The notes under the pieces: generated by a model | Seen by the model: the letters and a program-made list of their open reading frames with translations, nothing else | Told to the model about the DNA's origin: nothing | The model's database searches: none | Made by a program: the position numbers and the translations under genes | Source of the DNA: Chitinophagaceae bacterium | GTDB taxonomy: Bacteria > Bacteroidota > Bacteroidia > Chitinophagales > Chitinophagaceae | NCBI GenBank assembly: GCA_037045195.1 | Contig: JBAOIB010000002.1 | Coordinates: 232,023-296,022 of the forward strand | Reading direction: 5' to 3' | Length of the DNA: 64,000 bases | Part shown: positions 39,667-49,502 of the stretch, in pieces | Layout of the letters: each line of letters starts with the position of its first letter | Position numbering within the stretch: the stretch's first letter is position 1

Positions 39667-40791
39667 TTATTGCATTGCCTTTAAAATCGAATGCCAAAGT
39701 AAATTGGACGTGTTATCCCAGCTGTATGAGGAGGCAACTATTTTGCCTTTTTCAATCATTTCTTTTCTCAAGGTTTCATCTTTATAAAGCAACATCATTT
39801 TTTCTGCAATATCAGCCGGGTCGTTTGCAATTGCATACAAAGCCGCATCTCTGGTTATTTCAAACATGGCGCTTTTTTCTGAAGTAATAACAGGAACAAA
39901 GCATTGCATGGATTCAAGCGGTGGTACACCAAAACCCTCAAATAAGGAGGGATAAACCATTGCATAAGCAGCTCCAGTTATTTTTACTAATTCACTTTCT
40001 TCCACATAGCCAGTTAACACTACATCATTTCTGAATTTATAGCTCTTCAAGCTCTCGGTAAATGATGCATATTGCCACGCCAGCCTTCCGGCTATAACGA
40101 GTTTCATATTACTATGCAATCTCTTTTTAAAAAGTGAAAATGCCTTTAACAGATTCATCAGATTTTTTCGGGGATGAATGGCGCCGGTAAATAAAAAAAA
40201 CTCCTTTCCTTCAGTGTATTTAGTTTTAGTTTCAGTTTTCTCAATATCATCTATAGGCCGAAAGACCGATTTGGCAGCGCTATACACAACATCAATTTTT
40301 GAATCATCAATTTGAAATTGTTTTTTTATATCTGATTTTGAAAACTGTGAAACCGTGGCAATTGATGAAGCTTTGTGTAAAAACAGCGGAATATATTTTT
40401 TGAAAAATGAAAGATGAGCTTTTTTATGAAATTCTGGGTAATGAAGAAACGCAAGATCATGTATTACCACACATTGTGGCACTTGAGTATTTAAGGAACA
40501 AAATCCATCGGCTGAAAGAAAAACATCAGCTTTATATTTTTTTAATATGCGGGGTATTTGAAACTGATACCAGAATTTCCACAGTAAAGGATGGCGGGCA
40601 GGCGGCCTTGCCACTACAGGTAATATATTTTCAGCAAAAATAAACTGAGGATCAAACGCCCTGTCAAATATGAAAATAAAACGATGCTCGGGATGATTGA
40701 TGACTATGCGCTTTAATGTTTCATGAATAAAATTGCCATAGCCCTCTAAATAATCGGATAATAAAAATCTTGCATTAATGGCAATAATCAT
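39667..40791 (-). CDS. Glycosyltransferase, GT4 (GT-B fold) family
   Basis: C-terminal EGFGVPPLESM motif. ~370 aa. Confidence 0.8.
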   Translation of the reverse strand: MIIAINARFLLSDYLEGYGNFIHETLKRIVINHPEHRFIFIFDRAFDPQFIFAENILPVVARPPARHPLLWKFWYQFQIPRILKKYKADVFLSADGFCSLNTQVPQCVVIHDLAFLHYPEFHKKAHLSFFKKYIPLFLHKASSIATVSQFSKSDIKKQFQIDDSKIDVVYSAAKSVFRPIDDIEKTETKTKYTEGKEFFLFTGAIHPRKNLMNLLKAFSLFKKRLHSNMKLVIAGRLAWQYASFTESLKSYKFRNDVVLTGYVEESELVKITGAAYAMVYPSLFEGFGVPPLESMQCFVPVITSEKSAMFEITRDAALYAIANDPADIAEKMMLLYKDETLRKEMIEKGKIVASSYSWDNTSNLLWHSILKAMQ

Positions 40792-41075
40792 AGCGGCAAA
40801 GTTATGTCCGTAAGTATTATCTCTAAAAAGAAAGGAGAATCCACAGGCATTTTTCTGATGATGGCAGAAGAGAATTACGTCTTTATTTTCCTATTGTACA
40901 TCAATTTGTTGGCTATTATCTTTAGTTCATTATTTTAAGTTCCAGGGGAGATGAGAATTGTTATATAGCGCATATATTTTTTTCAATTTTCAGAAACTTG
41001 GTATAGAATTTGTAAATTATTTAAGCCAAAAAATATTCTTTTTTTTTAAGATTTATTTGATATAAGAAATTCTGG

Positions 41076-41198
41076 TTGGTGGATAAAAACTGATAGCCAC
41101 CCCGCTTGTGTCAATCAACTATATTCTAAACGACCTCTTAGGTGGAAGAGGATGGTGGCTTGTAAAAGGGGCCTTGGTTCGGGGCCCCTTTCTTTTTT
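41076..41198 (+). ncRNA. Candidate small structured RNA or leader with a strong intrinsic terminator. Family not recognised.
   Basis: AGCCACC(41095-41101)...GGTGGCT(41154-41160) long-range helix enclosing a CCTCTT-aggtgg-AAGAGG hairpin. An upstream GGTGG (41078-41082) competes for the same CCACC. Then AAAGGGGCC-ttggttcgg-GGCCCCTTT (41165-41191) plus CTTTTTT. No + strand gene lies upstream to be terminated. Confidence 0.35.
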
Positions 41199-41280
41199 GG
41201 TTAAATACTGCATTTTTCACTTTCAACTTCATACTTCAAACTTCTTTATCTACATTTGTCGCCGTATCCAATTTTAATTC

Positions 41281-41895
41281 ATGGAATATAACACCACTCG
41301 GAACCACTTGATAATGCTGGAGTATGGTCGTCATTTGCAAAAAATGATTGAGCATATTCGTACAATTGAAGATCCTGAAAAAAGACAACGCAATGCAAAT
41401 GCTGCTATTGAATTGATGGGCTTTTTAAATCCGCATCTTAAAAATGTAGAAGACTTTCGTCATAAACTTTGGGATCATCTTTTTTTAATTTCAGATTTTA
41501 AATTAGAAGTTAAATCTCCATATCCCATTCCTACCAGAGAGACTTTAAAAGTAAAGCCAAAGCCATTACCCTACCCAAAGAGACATCCTAAGTTTTCACA
41601 TTTAGGAAAAAATCTGGAGAATATTATTAATAAGGCTTTGGCCGAAGAAAATCCAGAAAAGAGACTCGGGTTTGCCAATGCAGTAGCTTATTATATGAAG
41701 CTGGCCTATAATAACTGGCATAAAGAAATTGTACATGATGATGCCATTCAGAGTGAACTCAGCAACCTTACCGATGGGCAGCTAACTTTTACAAATACTC
41801 CATTTGTAAAAGCATTTCGCCCGCAACACGAGAATCATGGTGGTAGCAATTATGGAAAAAGAGGCGGAAAATTTCAGCACCGTGGTGGAGGTTGA
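41281..41895 (+). CDS. DUF4290-family protein
   Basis: MEYNTTRNHLIMLEYGRHLQKMIEHI N terminus. Conserved position immediately upstream of murA in Bacteroidota. Confidence 0.7.
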   Translation: MEYNTTRNHLIMLEYGRHLQKMIEHIRTIEDPEKRQRNANAAIELMGFLNPHLKNVEDFRHKLWDHLFLISDFKLEVKSPYPIPTRETLKVKPKPLPYPKRHPKFSHLGKNLENIINKALAEENPEKRLGFANAVAYYMKLAYNNWHKEIVHDDAIQSELSNLTDGQLTFTNTPFVKAFRPQHENHGGSNYGKRGGKFQHRGGG

Positions 41896-42043
41896 AATGA
41901 CCGGCGTGATAATAACAGAAATGGTAACTTCAAAAAGAAAAGATATTAACGACCTACCCCGCAAGGGGTTTTTTTATATTTGCACATTCTAGTTTCTCTT
42001 TAATTTCTTTCTTTCACATAAAATAAGAAAGAAAAAATTATTT

Positions 42044-43354
42044 ATGTATTCTTTTGAAGTAAACGGCGGACGCAAACTTTCAGGCGAAATCATTCCACAA
42101 GGTGCAAAAAATGAGGCCTTGCAGATTATCAGTGCAGTTTTGTTGACTTCTGAAGTCGTTACTATTTCTAATATTCCTGATATTATTGATGTAAATCTGC
42201 TCATAGAATTGTTGGGTGAGATGAATGTAAAGATCAATCGTACCAGCAAGGATACTTTTATTTTTCAGGCTGATGATGTAGATATTAATTATCTGCATAG
42301 CGAAACATACAAAAGCAAAAGTGGCAAACTACGTGGCTCTGTAATGTTGGCGGGGCCAATGCTTAGCCGCTTTAAAAAAGCTTTTATTCCCAAGCCGGGA
42401 GGTGATAAAATAGGCCGACGCAGGTTAGATACACACATTATTGGTTTTGAAAAACTGGGAGCTACTTTCAACCTGAATAAAGATGGTTTCTTTCATATAA
42501 CAACAAAAAATGGAGAGCCTTTGTGTGGTACCAACTTGTTGTTAGATGAACCTTCAGTAACTGGAACAGCTAACATCATCATGGCTGCTGTACTGGCAAA
42601 AGGTACTACAACCATTTACAATGCTGCCTGTGAGCCTTATATTCAACAACTCTGCCGAATGTTAAATGCGATGGGGGCAAAAATTAATGGCATCGGTAGT
42701 AACCTGCTTACAATTGACGGTGTAATATCTCTGGGTGGCACTACTCATCGGTTATTGCCTGATATGATAGAAGTGGGTTCTTTTATTGGATTGGCCGCTA
42801 TGACACAAAGTGATATTTTGATAAAAGGGGCAGGCGTTTCTCATTTAGGTATCATTCCTGAAAAATTCAGACAATTGGGAATTCAAATAAACATTAAAGA
42901 GGATGATATTTATATACCCGAACAAGAACAATATGAAATTCAGTCATTCTTGGATGGCTCTGTAATGACCATTTACGATCATCCCTGGCCGGGCTTTACT
43001 CCCGATTTGCTGAGTATTGTTTTGGTTACTGCTATTCAGGCCAAAGGCTCGGTATTAATTCATCAAAAAATGTTTGAAAGCAGATTGTTCTTTGTTGATA
43101 AGTTGATTGATATGGGTGCCCGCATTGTTTTATGCGATCCTCATCGTGCTGTTGTTATTGGATTAGAAAGAGAACAAAAGCTTAGAGGTATTACAATGAG
43201 CTCGCCGGATATAAGAGCAGGTGTCGCTTTATTGATTGCTGCATTAAGTGCAGAAGGGAAAAGTATTATTCAAAACATTGAGCAGATAGACAGAGGCTAT
43301 CAGCAAATAGATGTAAGACTTCAATGTCTGGGAGCTGATATTAAAAGAATATAA
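42044..43354 (+). CDS. murA: UDP-N-acetylglucosamine 1-carboxyvinyltransferase
   Basis: GAKNEALQI, KLRGSVMLAGPMLSR and PGGDKIGRRRLDTH motifs. 436 aa. Confidence 0.93.
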   Translation: MYSFEVNGGRKLSGEIIPQGAKNEALQIISAVLLTSEVVTISNIPDIIDVNLLIELLGEMNVKINRTSKDTFIFQADDVDINYLHSETYKSKSGKLRGSVMLAGPMLSRFKKAFIPKPGGDKIGRRRLDTHIIGFEKLGATFNLNKDGFFHITTKNGEPLCGTNLLLDEPSVTGTANIIMAAVLAKGTTTIYNAACEPYIQQLCRMLNAMGAKINGIGSNLLTIDGVISLGGTTHRLLPDMIEVGSFIGLAAMTQSDILIKGAGVSHLGIIPEKFRQLGIQINIKEDDIYIPEQEQYEIQSFLDGSVMTIYDHPWPGFTPDLLSIVLVTAIQAKGSVLIHQKMFESRLFFVDKLIDMGARIVLCDPHRAVVIGLEREQKLRGITMSSPDIRAGVALLIAALSAEGKSIIQNIEQIDRGYQQIDVRLQCLGADIKRI

Positions 43355-43406
43355 ATGTTGTAGTCGTTTATCTTATTATCTAAGTATCTTTTTATTATGA
43401 AAAAAT

Positions 43407-44006
43407 ATGGCACTGGATATTTTTGAAACCAATCCCACACTTGAAAATGAACGTGTGTTACTTCGCCCTTTGAAGACGGAAGATTTTGAGCATCTGCTTC
43501 CATTCTCGCTGCATGAACCCGAAATTTGGGATTATAGTCTCTCCACTGTAGCAGGAAAGGAAAACCTGAAAAAATATTTGGAAACAGCATTAAAGGCATA
43601 CGAAGAAAAAAAAGAATTCCCATTTATTGTATTTGATAAAAAAGCAAATCAATATGCAGGCAGTACCCGCTTTTATGATATTCAACAACAAAACCTGACG
43701 ACACAACTGGGTTATACATGGTATGGAAAAGCATTTCAACGCACAGGATTAAACCGTCATTGTAAAAGCCTTTTGCTAAATTTTGTTTTTGAAAAATGGG
43801 GATTGGAACGTTGTGAATTCAGAGCTGATGCTAATAATGCAAAAAGCATTGCTGCTATGAAGGCTATTGGATGTGTTGTTGAAGGTATCTTTCGCAATCA
43901 TCTGCCATTAAATAATGGTAAAAGGAGAGACAGTATCGTATTAAGCATCTTGAAATCTGAATGGCAAAATGAAGTAAAGAATTTGATTCTGAGCAAAACA
44001 ATATAA
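43407..44006 (+). CDS. GNAT-family N-acetyltransferase (RimJ/RimL-like)
   Basis: LRPLKTEDFEHLL...GYTWYGKAFQRTGLNRHCKSLLLNFVFEKWGLERCEFRADANNAKSIAAMKAIG. Confidence 0.75.
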   Translation: MALDIFETNPTLENERVLLRPLKTEDFEHLLPFSLHEPEIWDYSLSTVAGKENLKKYLETALKAYEEKKEFPFIVFDKKANQYAGSTRFYDIQQQNLTTQLGYTWYGKAFQRTGLNRHCKSLLLNFVFEKWGLERCEFRADANNAKSIAAMKAIGCVVEGIFRNHLPLNNGKRRDSIVLSILKSEWQNEVKNLILSKTI

Positions 44007-44115
44007 CATTCAAACGAGTGTAAGTATAATTTTCAGGTAACATCAACTAATATTTGGCTTAAATAAGTTACTTTAGTCCCGGATAATAATTTAAGAACCA
44101 GCTTACAAACTGTCC

Positions 44116-44892
44116 ATGGCTTACGAATTAAAACAACAGGATAAATTCAAATACATTGAAGAAGGCGACGGCGAACCTCTCGTTTTGTTGCACGGTCTTT
44201 TTGGTGCTATGAGCAATTTTAAAGATCTGATTGAGTATTTTAGACATCACTATAAAGTGGTGGTGCCAATTTTGCCACTTCTTGAAATGGATATCCTGCA
44301 TACCTCAGTAGGAGGATTGGCAAAATTTGTACATAAATTTCTGGAAACAAAAAATTATGAAGGAGTTCATTTGTTGGGAAACTCCCTTGGCGGGCATGTA
44401 GCACTGGTATATACCTTAAAGCACCCACAAAGAATTAAATCTTTAATACTCACTGGAAGCTCAGGCCTTTTTGAAAATGGAATGGGCGACAGTTATCCCA
44501 AAAGAGGCGATTATGAGTATATAAGAAAGAAAACTGAGCTTACTTTTTACGATCCTAATACCGCTACAAAAGAACTGGTGGATGAAGTTTACAGCATTAC
44601 CAATAACCGAATGAAAGCAATTAAAATTATTGCATTAGCCAAAAGTGCTATTCGCAATAATCTGGGTGAAGAGCTGAACCAGATTAAACAACCTACGCTT
44701 TTAATTTGGGGTAACAATGACATCATCACACCGCCTTTCGTAGCACAGGAATTCAATAAACTAATAATTAACAGCGAACTCCACTTTGTTGATAAATGCG
44801 GACATGCTCCCATGATGGAAGTACCTGCTGCTTTTAACGAGATACTTCATAAATTCTTAACAAAGCTGAGTAAGCCTGCAACAGTTAGTTGA
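44116..44892 (+). CDS. Alpha/beta-fold hydrolase
   Basis: LLHGLFG oxyanion region, nucleophile elbow GNSLGGH, C-terminal CGHAPMME. Confidence 0.8.
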   Translation: MAYELKQQDKFKYIEEGDGEPLVLLHGLFGAMSNFKDLIEYFRHHYKVVVPILPLLEMDILHTSVGGLAKFVHKFLETKNYEGVHLLGNSLGGHVALVYTLKHPQRIKSLILTGSSGLFENGMGDSYPKRGDYEYIRKKTELTFYDPNTATKELVDEVYSITNNRMKAIKIIALAKSAIRNNLGEELNQIKQPTLLIWGNNDIITPPFVAQEFNKLIINSELHFVDKCGHAPMMEVPAAFNEILHKFLTKLSKPATVS

Positions 44893-44952
44893 TTGTTGTT
44901 GTCTTTAACCTGGTTGAACTTGTGATTTGATTATTAAATTTGGCCGCTATCC

Positions 44953-45615
44953 ATGTTGACCCGTGAGCTACTTTCTCAAACAATTCCATTTTTACGCCTT
45001 AGCGATAAAGTTTATCAGGCACTTGAACTGATGAATGAAAACAACGTAACGCATTTACCTGTAGTTGATGGCGATACATTTACAGGGCTTATCAGTGAAG
45101 AAGACTTGCTGCATGCAGAAAATGATCATTCACCGATAGCTGAAATGGAACAGTCTTTTTCAAATAAATGTGTAAAGGATGATGAGCATTTTTTAAAAGC
45201 GGTGCAAATGGCCGCCGACAATGCATTGAGCCTTGTACCAGTTGTGAATGAAGAAAATGTACTTATAGGCTCTGTTACTTACAGCGACTTATTAAAATTT
45301 TCATCAGAATTTATGAGCCTGGGAGAACCTGGCGGATTAATTGTTTTGGAAATGGAAAGCAACCAATACTCTTTTAATGAAATTAGCAGAATTGTAGAAA
45401 GTAATGATGCGCAGATTACACAGTTAAACAGTTCCAACGATCCTGCTACAGGGTTAATGCAGGTTACTATTCGTATCAATAAACCCGAAATCTCAGATTT
45501 AGTTGCCGCTTTTCAGCGTCATGAGTACGATGTAAAATATTTTTTAGGAGAAGAATTGTATAATAACGAACTGAAAAGCAATTATGACAACCTGATGAAC
45601 TACCTCAAACTTTAA
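44953..45615 (+). CDS. CBS-domain pair protein
   Basis: Two CBS-like blocks (VTHLPVVDGDTFTGLISEEDLL and LSLVPVVNEENVLIGSVTYSDLL). Confidence 0.7.
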   Translation: MLTRELLSQTIPFLRLSDKVYQALELMNENNVTHLPVVDGDTFTGLISEEDLLHAENDHSPIAEMEQSFSNKCVKDDEHFLKAVQMAADNALSLVPVVNEENVLIGSVTYSDLLKFSSEFMSLGEPGGLIVLEMESNQYSFNEISRIVESNDAQITQLNSSNDPATGLMQVTIRINKPEISDLVAAFQRHEYDVKYFLGEELYNNELKSNYDNLMNYLKL

Positions 45616-45670
45616 TCTCACTTATTGTAACTGGTTATTCAGATGTTTTTGCCCTTATCTTTAAGGTTAG

Positions 45671-47101
45671 ATGAAAATGCTTTTGAGAAATATTACTGTT
45701 TTATTCTTTATGTGCTGGTTCGGTAGTAAAGCACAGGCGCAAATAAATAATAATGCATTTACAAATGAAGATTCTTCATTCAATTCCAGCCTTGTCACCA
45801 TAGGCAATATTAAAATTACTGGCAACAAAAAGACAAAGGAAAATATCATATTGCGAGAAATCCCTTTTAAGCCAGAAGACAAACTGAGTCTCTCTCAACT
45901 GGTTGCAAAATTTGAAACGGCAAGAAAGCAATTAATGAACACATCACTTTTTTTATCAGTAACTGTTGCTATGGCAGATGTTGATGGAGAGAGGGTAAAT
46001 GTATCGGTAGCATTAAAGGAGCGGTGGTATTTATTTCCACTGCCTTATTTTAAACCCGTGGACAGAAACCTGAATCAATGGTTATTTGAACAAAAAGGAG
46101 GATTGGACAGGGTAAATTATGGTGCAAAAATTTTATACAATAATGCAACGGGAAACAATGACAAGTTCAGGCTGTGGCTGATGAGTGGATATACAAAGCA
46201 AATTTCTTTGAGCTATGATAGAATGTACATTGACAAACACATGAAATGGGGTATGAATGCAGGATTCGCAATGGGAAAAAACAGAGAAGTAAATTATAAC
46301 ACAATTGATGATAAGCAGGTTTTTTTAAAAGACCCCAATGCTTATTTGAGAAGCTTTATGAATGTTTATGCCGGGCTTTCTTATCGCAATGCAATCAATA
46401 CCCGACACAGTTTCGGCATGTCATATACTGCCGAAGAAGTAAAGGATACCATAGTTACTTTGAATCCATCCTATTTTAAATCTGGTAGAAAAAGCATCAG
46501 CTTCCCTTCATTCTACTATACTATAAATTTTGCTAACCTTGATTATATTCCATATCCTACAAAAGGATATGCAGCAAAAGTTTCAGTTCAAAAAAAGGGC
46601 TTATCAAATTCAATTAATCTTTGGGGATTAAATGTAAATGGATTGGGTAGCTGGCATCTTTCTCCTAAATATTTTTTTAGCGCCGAAGTTTTTGGCAGTA
46701 TCAAACTCCCATTTAAACAACCCTGGTTCAATCAAAAATTTCTGGGTTATGGAGAAACCTTTATGCAGGGATATGAATATTATGTAATAGATGGTGTTGC
46801 AGGTGGTTATCTTAAAGCTACTGTTTCAAAAAGACTTTTGAATTTTAATCTGGGGCTTCCAATTAAACTGGGACGGTCTGCAATAAAAATTCCGGTTCAG
46901 ATAATCGGAAAAATATATGGCAACACCGGATATGTACACAATCCGTTGCCAGGCGATAATGGCCTTTCAAATAAAATGTTGTATTCAGGTGGTATAGGTA
47001 TAGATATTCTTACTTTTTATGATATCACCTTTAAACTGGAATACACTTTTAACCAGATAGGACAAAACGGATTATTTTTACATCGCAAGACCATCTTCTG
47101 A
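45671..47101 (+). CDS. BamA/TamA-family outer-membrane protein (POTRA + beta-barrel)
   Basis: Signal peptide, a POTRA-like IGNIKITGNKKTKENIILREIPFKPEDKLS, and an aromatic-rich barrel ending ...LFLHRKTIF. Confidence 0.65.
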   Translation: MKMLLRNITVLFFMCWFGSKAQAQINNNAFTNEDSSFNSSLVTIGNIKITGNKKTKENIILREIPFKPEDKLSLSQLVAKFETARKQLMNTSLFLSVTVAMADVDGERVNVSVALKERWYLFPLPYFKPVDRNLNQWLFEQKGGLDRVNYGAKILYNNATGNNDKFRLWLMSGYTKQISLSYDRMYIDKHMKWGMNAGFAMGKNREVNYNTIDDKQVFLKDPNAYLRSFMNVYAGLSYRNAINTRHSFGMSYTAEEVKDTIVTLNPSYFKSGRKSISFPSFYYTINFANLDYIPYPTKGYAAKVSVQKKGLSNSINLWGLNVNGLGSWHLSPKYFFSAEVFGSIKLPFKQPWFNQKFLGYGETFMQGYEYYVIDGVAGGYLKATVSKRLLNFNLGLPIKLGRSAIKIPVQIIGKIYGNTGYVHNPLPGDNGLSNKMLYSGGIGIDILTFYDITFKLEYTFNQIGQNGLFLHRKTIF

Positions 47102-47115
47102 CAACAAACTAATAT

Positions 47116-47994
47116 ATGAAGGCAGCTATTTATAGCAGGGTAATGATGGATGAACAACGAAACGACATTCAGTCTTTCTTTGATGAGTTGGGACATCAAC
47201 AAATTATACCGGTCATTTACCAGGATTTTTTTGAAGAAATAAAAAATACAATCAACCTGCCGGCCGATACCATCACATTTTCTGGCGCCGATGATTTGAC
47301 TGAGGAAGTTGAATTCATTATCAGTCTGGGTGGCGATGGTACATTACTGGATACGATTACACTGGTGCGTGATAAAAATATTGCCATCATGGGAATCAAT
47401 TTTGGCCGTATGGGTTTTTTAGCCAGCATTGGTCGTGATGAGCTTCGAGTAGCAGTAAAGGCAATGGTGCAGCGTACTTATGTGGTTGATAAAAGATCAC
47501 TTATACATTTAGAATCAAGTCTGCCCCTGTTTGGACATGTACCTTATGCTCTCAACGATTTTTCAATACATAAACGGGATGTAGCTTCTATGATAAAAAT
47601 TCATACTTACTTAAATGGAGAATTTTTAAATACTTATTGGGCAGATGGGCTGATTGTGGCTACACCTACGGGCTCAACCGGTTATTCTTTAAGTTGCAAT
47701 GGCCCGGTGGTGTTTCCCGATTCAGATAGTTTTGTAATAACACCTGTAGCACCTCACAATTTAAATGTGCGACCCATAGTAGTGCCCGATAGCACCATTA
47801 TATCATTTGAAATTGAAAGCCGTGCCGATCAGATTATTTGCGCTTTAGACTCCCGAAGGCAATTGGTGAGTAAGGATGTACAGCTGGCAATAAAAAGAGA
47901 AAAATTTGACGTAAACCTTGTAAGGCTCAGCGAGAATAATTTTTTGCAAACCCTGCGAAATAAACTTACCTGGGGGCTCGATAAAAGGAATTAA
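47116..47994 (+). CDS. nadK: NAD+ kinase
   Basis: GGDGTLL motif and TPTGSTGYSLS motif. Confidence 0.9.
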   Translation: MKAAIYSRVMMDEQRNDIQSFFDELGHQQIIPVIYQDFFEEIKNTINLPADTITFSGADDLTEEVEFIISLGGDGTLLDTITLVRDKNIAIMGINFGRMGFLASIGRDELRVAVKAMVQRTYVVDKRSLIHLESSLPLFGHVPYALNDFSIHKRDVASMIKIHTYLNGEFLNTYWADGLIVATPTGSTGYSLSCNGPVVFPDSDSFVITPVAPHNLNVRPIVVPDSTIISFEIESRADQIICALDSRRQLVSKDVQLAIKREKFDVNLVRLSENNFLQTLRNKLTWGLDKRN

Positions 47995-48062
47995 TCATAC
48001 TTCAATAAAAGAAATTCATATTTTTAGCGTTCTAATTAATCCTAAACCTAATTTTTCAGGTT

Positions 48063-48923
48063 ATGATGAAGAAAATAGCAGCATTTGTACTTGTTTTATC
48101 ACTTTTTATTAATAAGAGTTCTTCCGCTCAGGAAGCTATTACACAAGAGGGAGAGTTTGGAGTAGGCATTGGCGGTGGCCATTATTTTGGCGATTTAAAT
48201 ACCCGTGCCCGTCTCAATCGTACCAAAATTGCAGCAACAGCTTTCTTTCGTAAAAATCTGGGTAATTATATAGCAGCAAGACTGGGAGTAAGTTTTGCAC
48301 AGTTAGGTTATTCCGATCAATACAATTCTTACAATGAATATATGTATCTCCGAAACCTGAGTTTCAATACCAAGGTATGGGAACTTACATTACAGGGCGA
48401 TTTTAATTTCTTTCGCTTTATGCCCGGCGATCCGGCATTTAGCTTTACGCCTTACATCACCTTAGGTGTAGGTGTTTTTAATTATGATCCTTATGCTTAT
48501 TTACGTGGAGCAAAAGTCTATTTAAGACCTTTGGGCACCGAAGGGCAGGGGAGTACCGCACCAGGTGTAACGAAGAATAAAAAGTACAGTTCTATGGGTA
48601 TTTGTATTCCATTTGGAGGCGGTTTTAAGTATGCTCTCAACTCAAGAGTAAATATTGGTTTTGAAATTTTGCACCGCTTTACCAATACCGATTATATTGA
48701 TGATGTAAGCAAAACCTATGTAGATCCTGCAATCTTCCCGCTCAATTCCGATGGCAGTTTATCTGATGCTGCTTTGTTAAGCGACCGTTCTTATGAGCTG
48801 GGCACTCCCATTGGCAAACCCGGCATGGCCCGTGGCATGAGCAAGCAAAAAGACCAATACATAACGGCCATGTTTCATCTTACATTCAATTTGCAATCTT
48901 ACAAATGCCCTACGGCGAAGTAA
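48063..48923 (+). CDS. DUF6089-family outer-membrane beta-barrel protein
   Basis: Signal peptide, then EFGVGIGGGHYFGDLN. Conserved position after nadK in Bacteroidota. Confidence 0.6.
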   Translation: MMKKIAAFVLVLSLFINKSSSAQEAITQEGEFGVGIGGGHYFGDLNTRARLNRTKIAATAFFRKNLGNYIAARLGVSFAQLGYSDQYNSYNEYMYLRNLSFNTKVWELTLQGDFNFFRFMPGDPAFSFTPYITLGVGVFNYDPYAYLRGAKVYLRPLGTEGQGSTAPGVTKNKKYSSMGICIPFGGGFKYALNSRVNIGFEILHRFTNTDYIDDVSKTYVDPAIFPLNSDGSLSDAALLSDRSYELGTPIGKPGMARGMSKQKDQYITAMFHLTFNLQSYKCPTAK

Positions 48924-49051
48924 GAATCTAGGTTAATGTGAATTTTAAATACAGATAAATAAATCCTGAAGGTTTGTTTATAGACTTCAGATATGTGAAC
49001 CATATTGTGTTGCCCTAAGGCACACTTTATTGAAACATTGCTGTCCCCCCT

Positions 49052-49394
49052 TTCATCATTCATCATTTCCTGCCCCTTCATCATTCATCATTCCTTGTTC
49101 AATATTCGTTATTCCCACCCACTTCATCATTCATCATTTCCTGCCCCTTGTCATGTATTATTAATATACTGCTCAGGCGGGCTTGTTCAATATTCGTTAT
49201 TCTCTCCCCCTTCAACATTCATTATTCCCTGTTTAATATTCGTTATTCTCCCCCCCACTTCATCATTCATCATTCCCTGCCCCTTCGTCATATATTATTA
49301 ATATAGTGCTCAGGCGGGCTTGTTCAATATTCGTTATTTCCCACTCCCTTCATCATTCATTATTCCCTGTTTAATATTTATTATTCCTTCTGGC
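49052..49394. repeat. Composite imperfect tandem repeat (~136-bp unit, about 2.5 copies) built from three sub-motifs
   Basis: Motif A TTCAYCATTCATYATT at 49052, 49077, 49123, 49211, 49259 and 49349. Motif B GTTYAATATTYRTTATT at 49097, 49185, 49231, 49322 and 49369. Motif C TCATRTATTATTAATATAsTGCTCAGGCGGGCTT at 49151 and 49288. Units 49123-49258 and 49259-49394 align throughout. Confidence 0.9.
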
Positions 49395-49502
49395 ATTATC
49401 AGTTTCTTTAATATTTTTTTAACTTGCAAATAATTTAAACTTTGAATATACTCAACAGTCTATTTGTCCAAACAAATTATTTTACTTAAAACCATTTTTA
49501 AC

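Noticed and set aside
41108-41311. 67-aa ORF overlapping the candidate sRNA and terminator
   Set aside because: It runs through a strong terminator hairpin and into the DUF4290 start. The product is implausible, and the RNA-structure interpretation fits better.
49005-49301. 98-aa ORF (MCCPKAHFIETLLSPLSSFIISCPFIIHHSLF...) spanning the repeat region
   Set aside because: Its sequence is simply the translation of the TTCATCATTCATCATT-type repeats: low complexity, with no start context or recognisable fold. It is an artefact of stop-poor, G-poor DNA.
49052-49394. Possible CRISPR array
   Set aside because: There is no constant repeat alternating with unique spacers of uniform length. The whole unit, including the would-be spacers, is itself repeated, and no cas genes are in the window.
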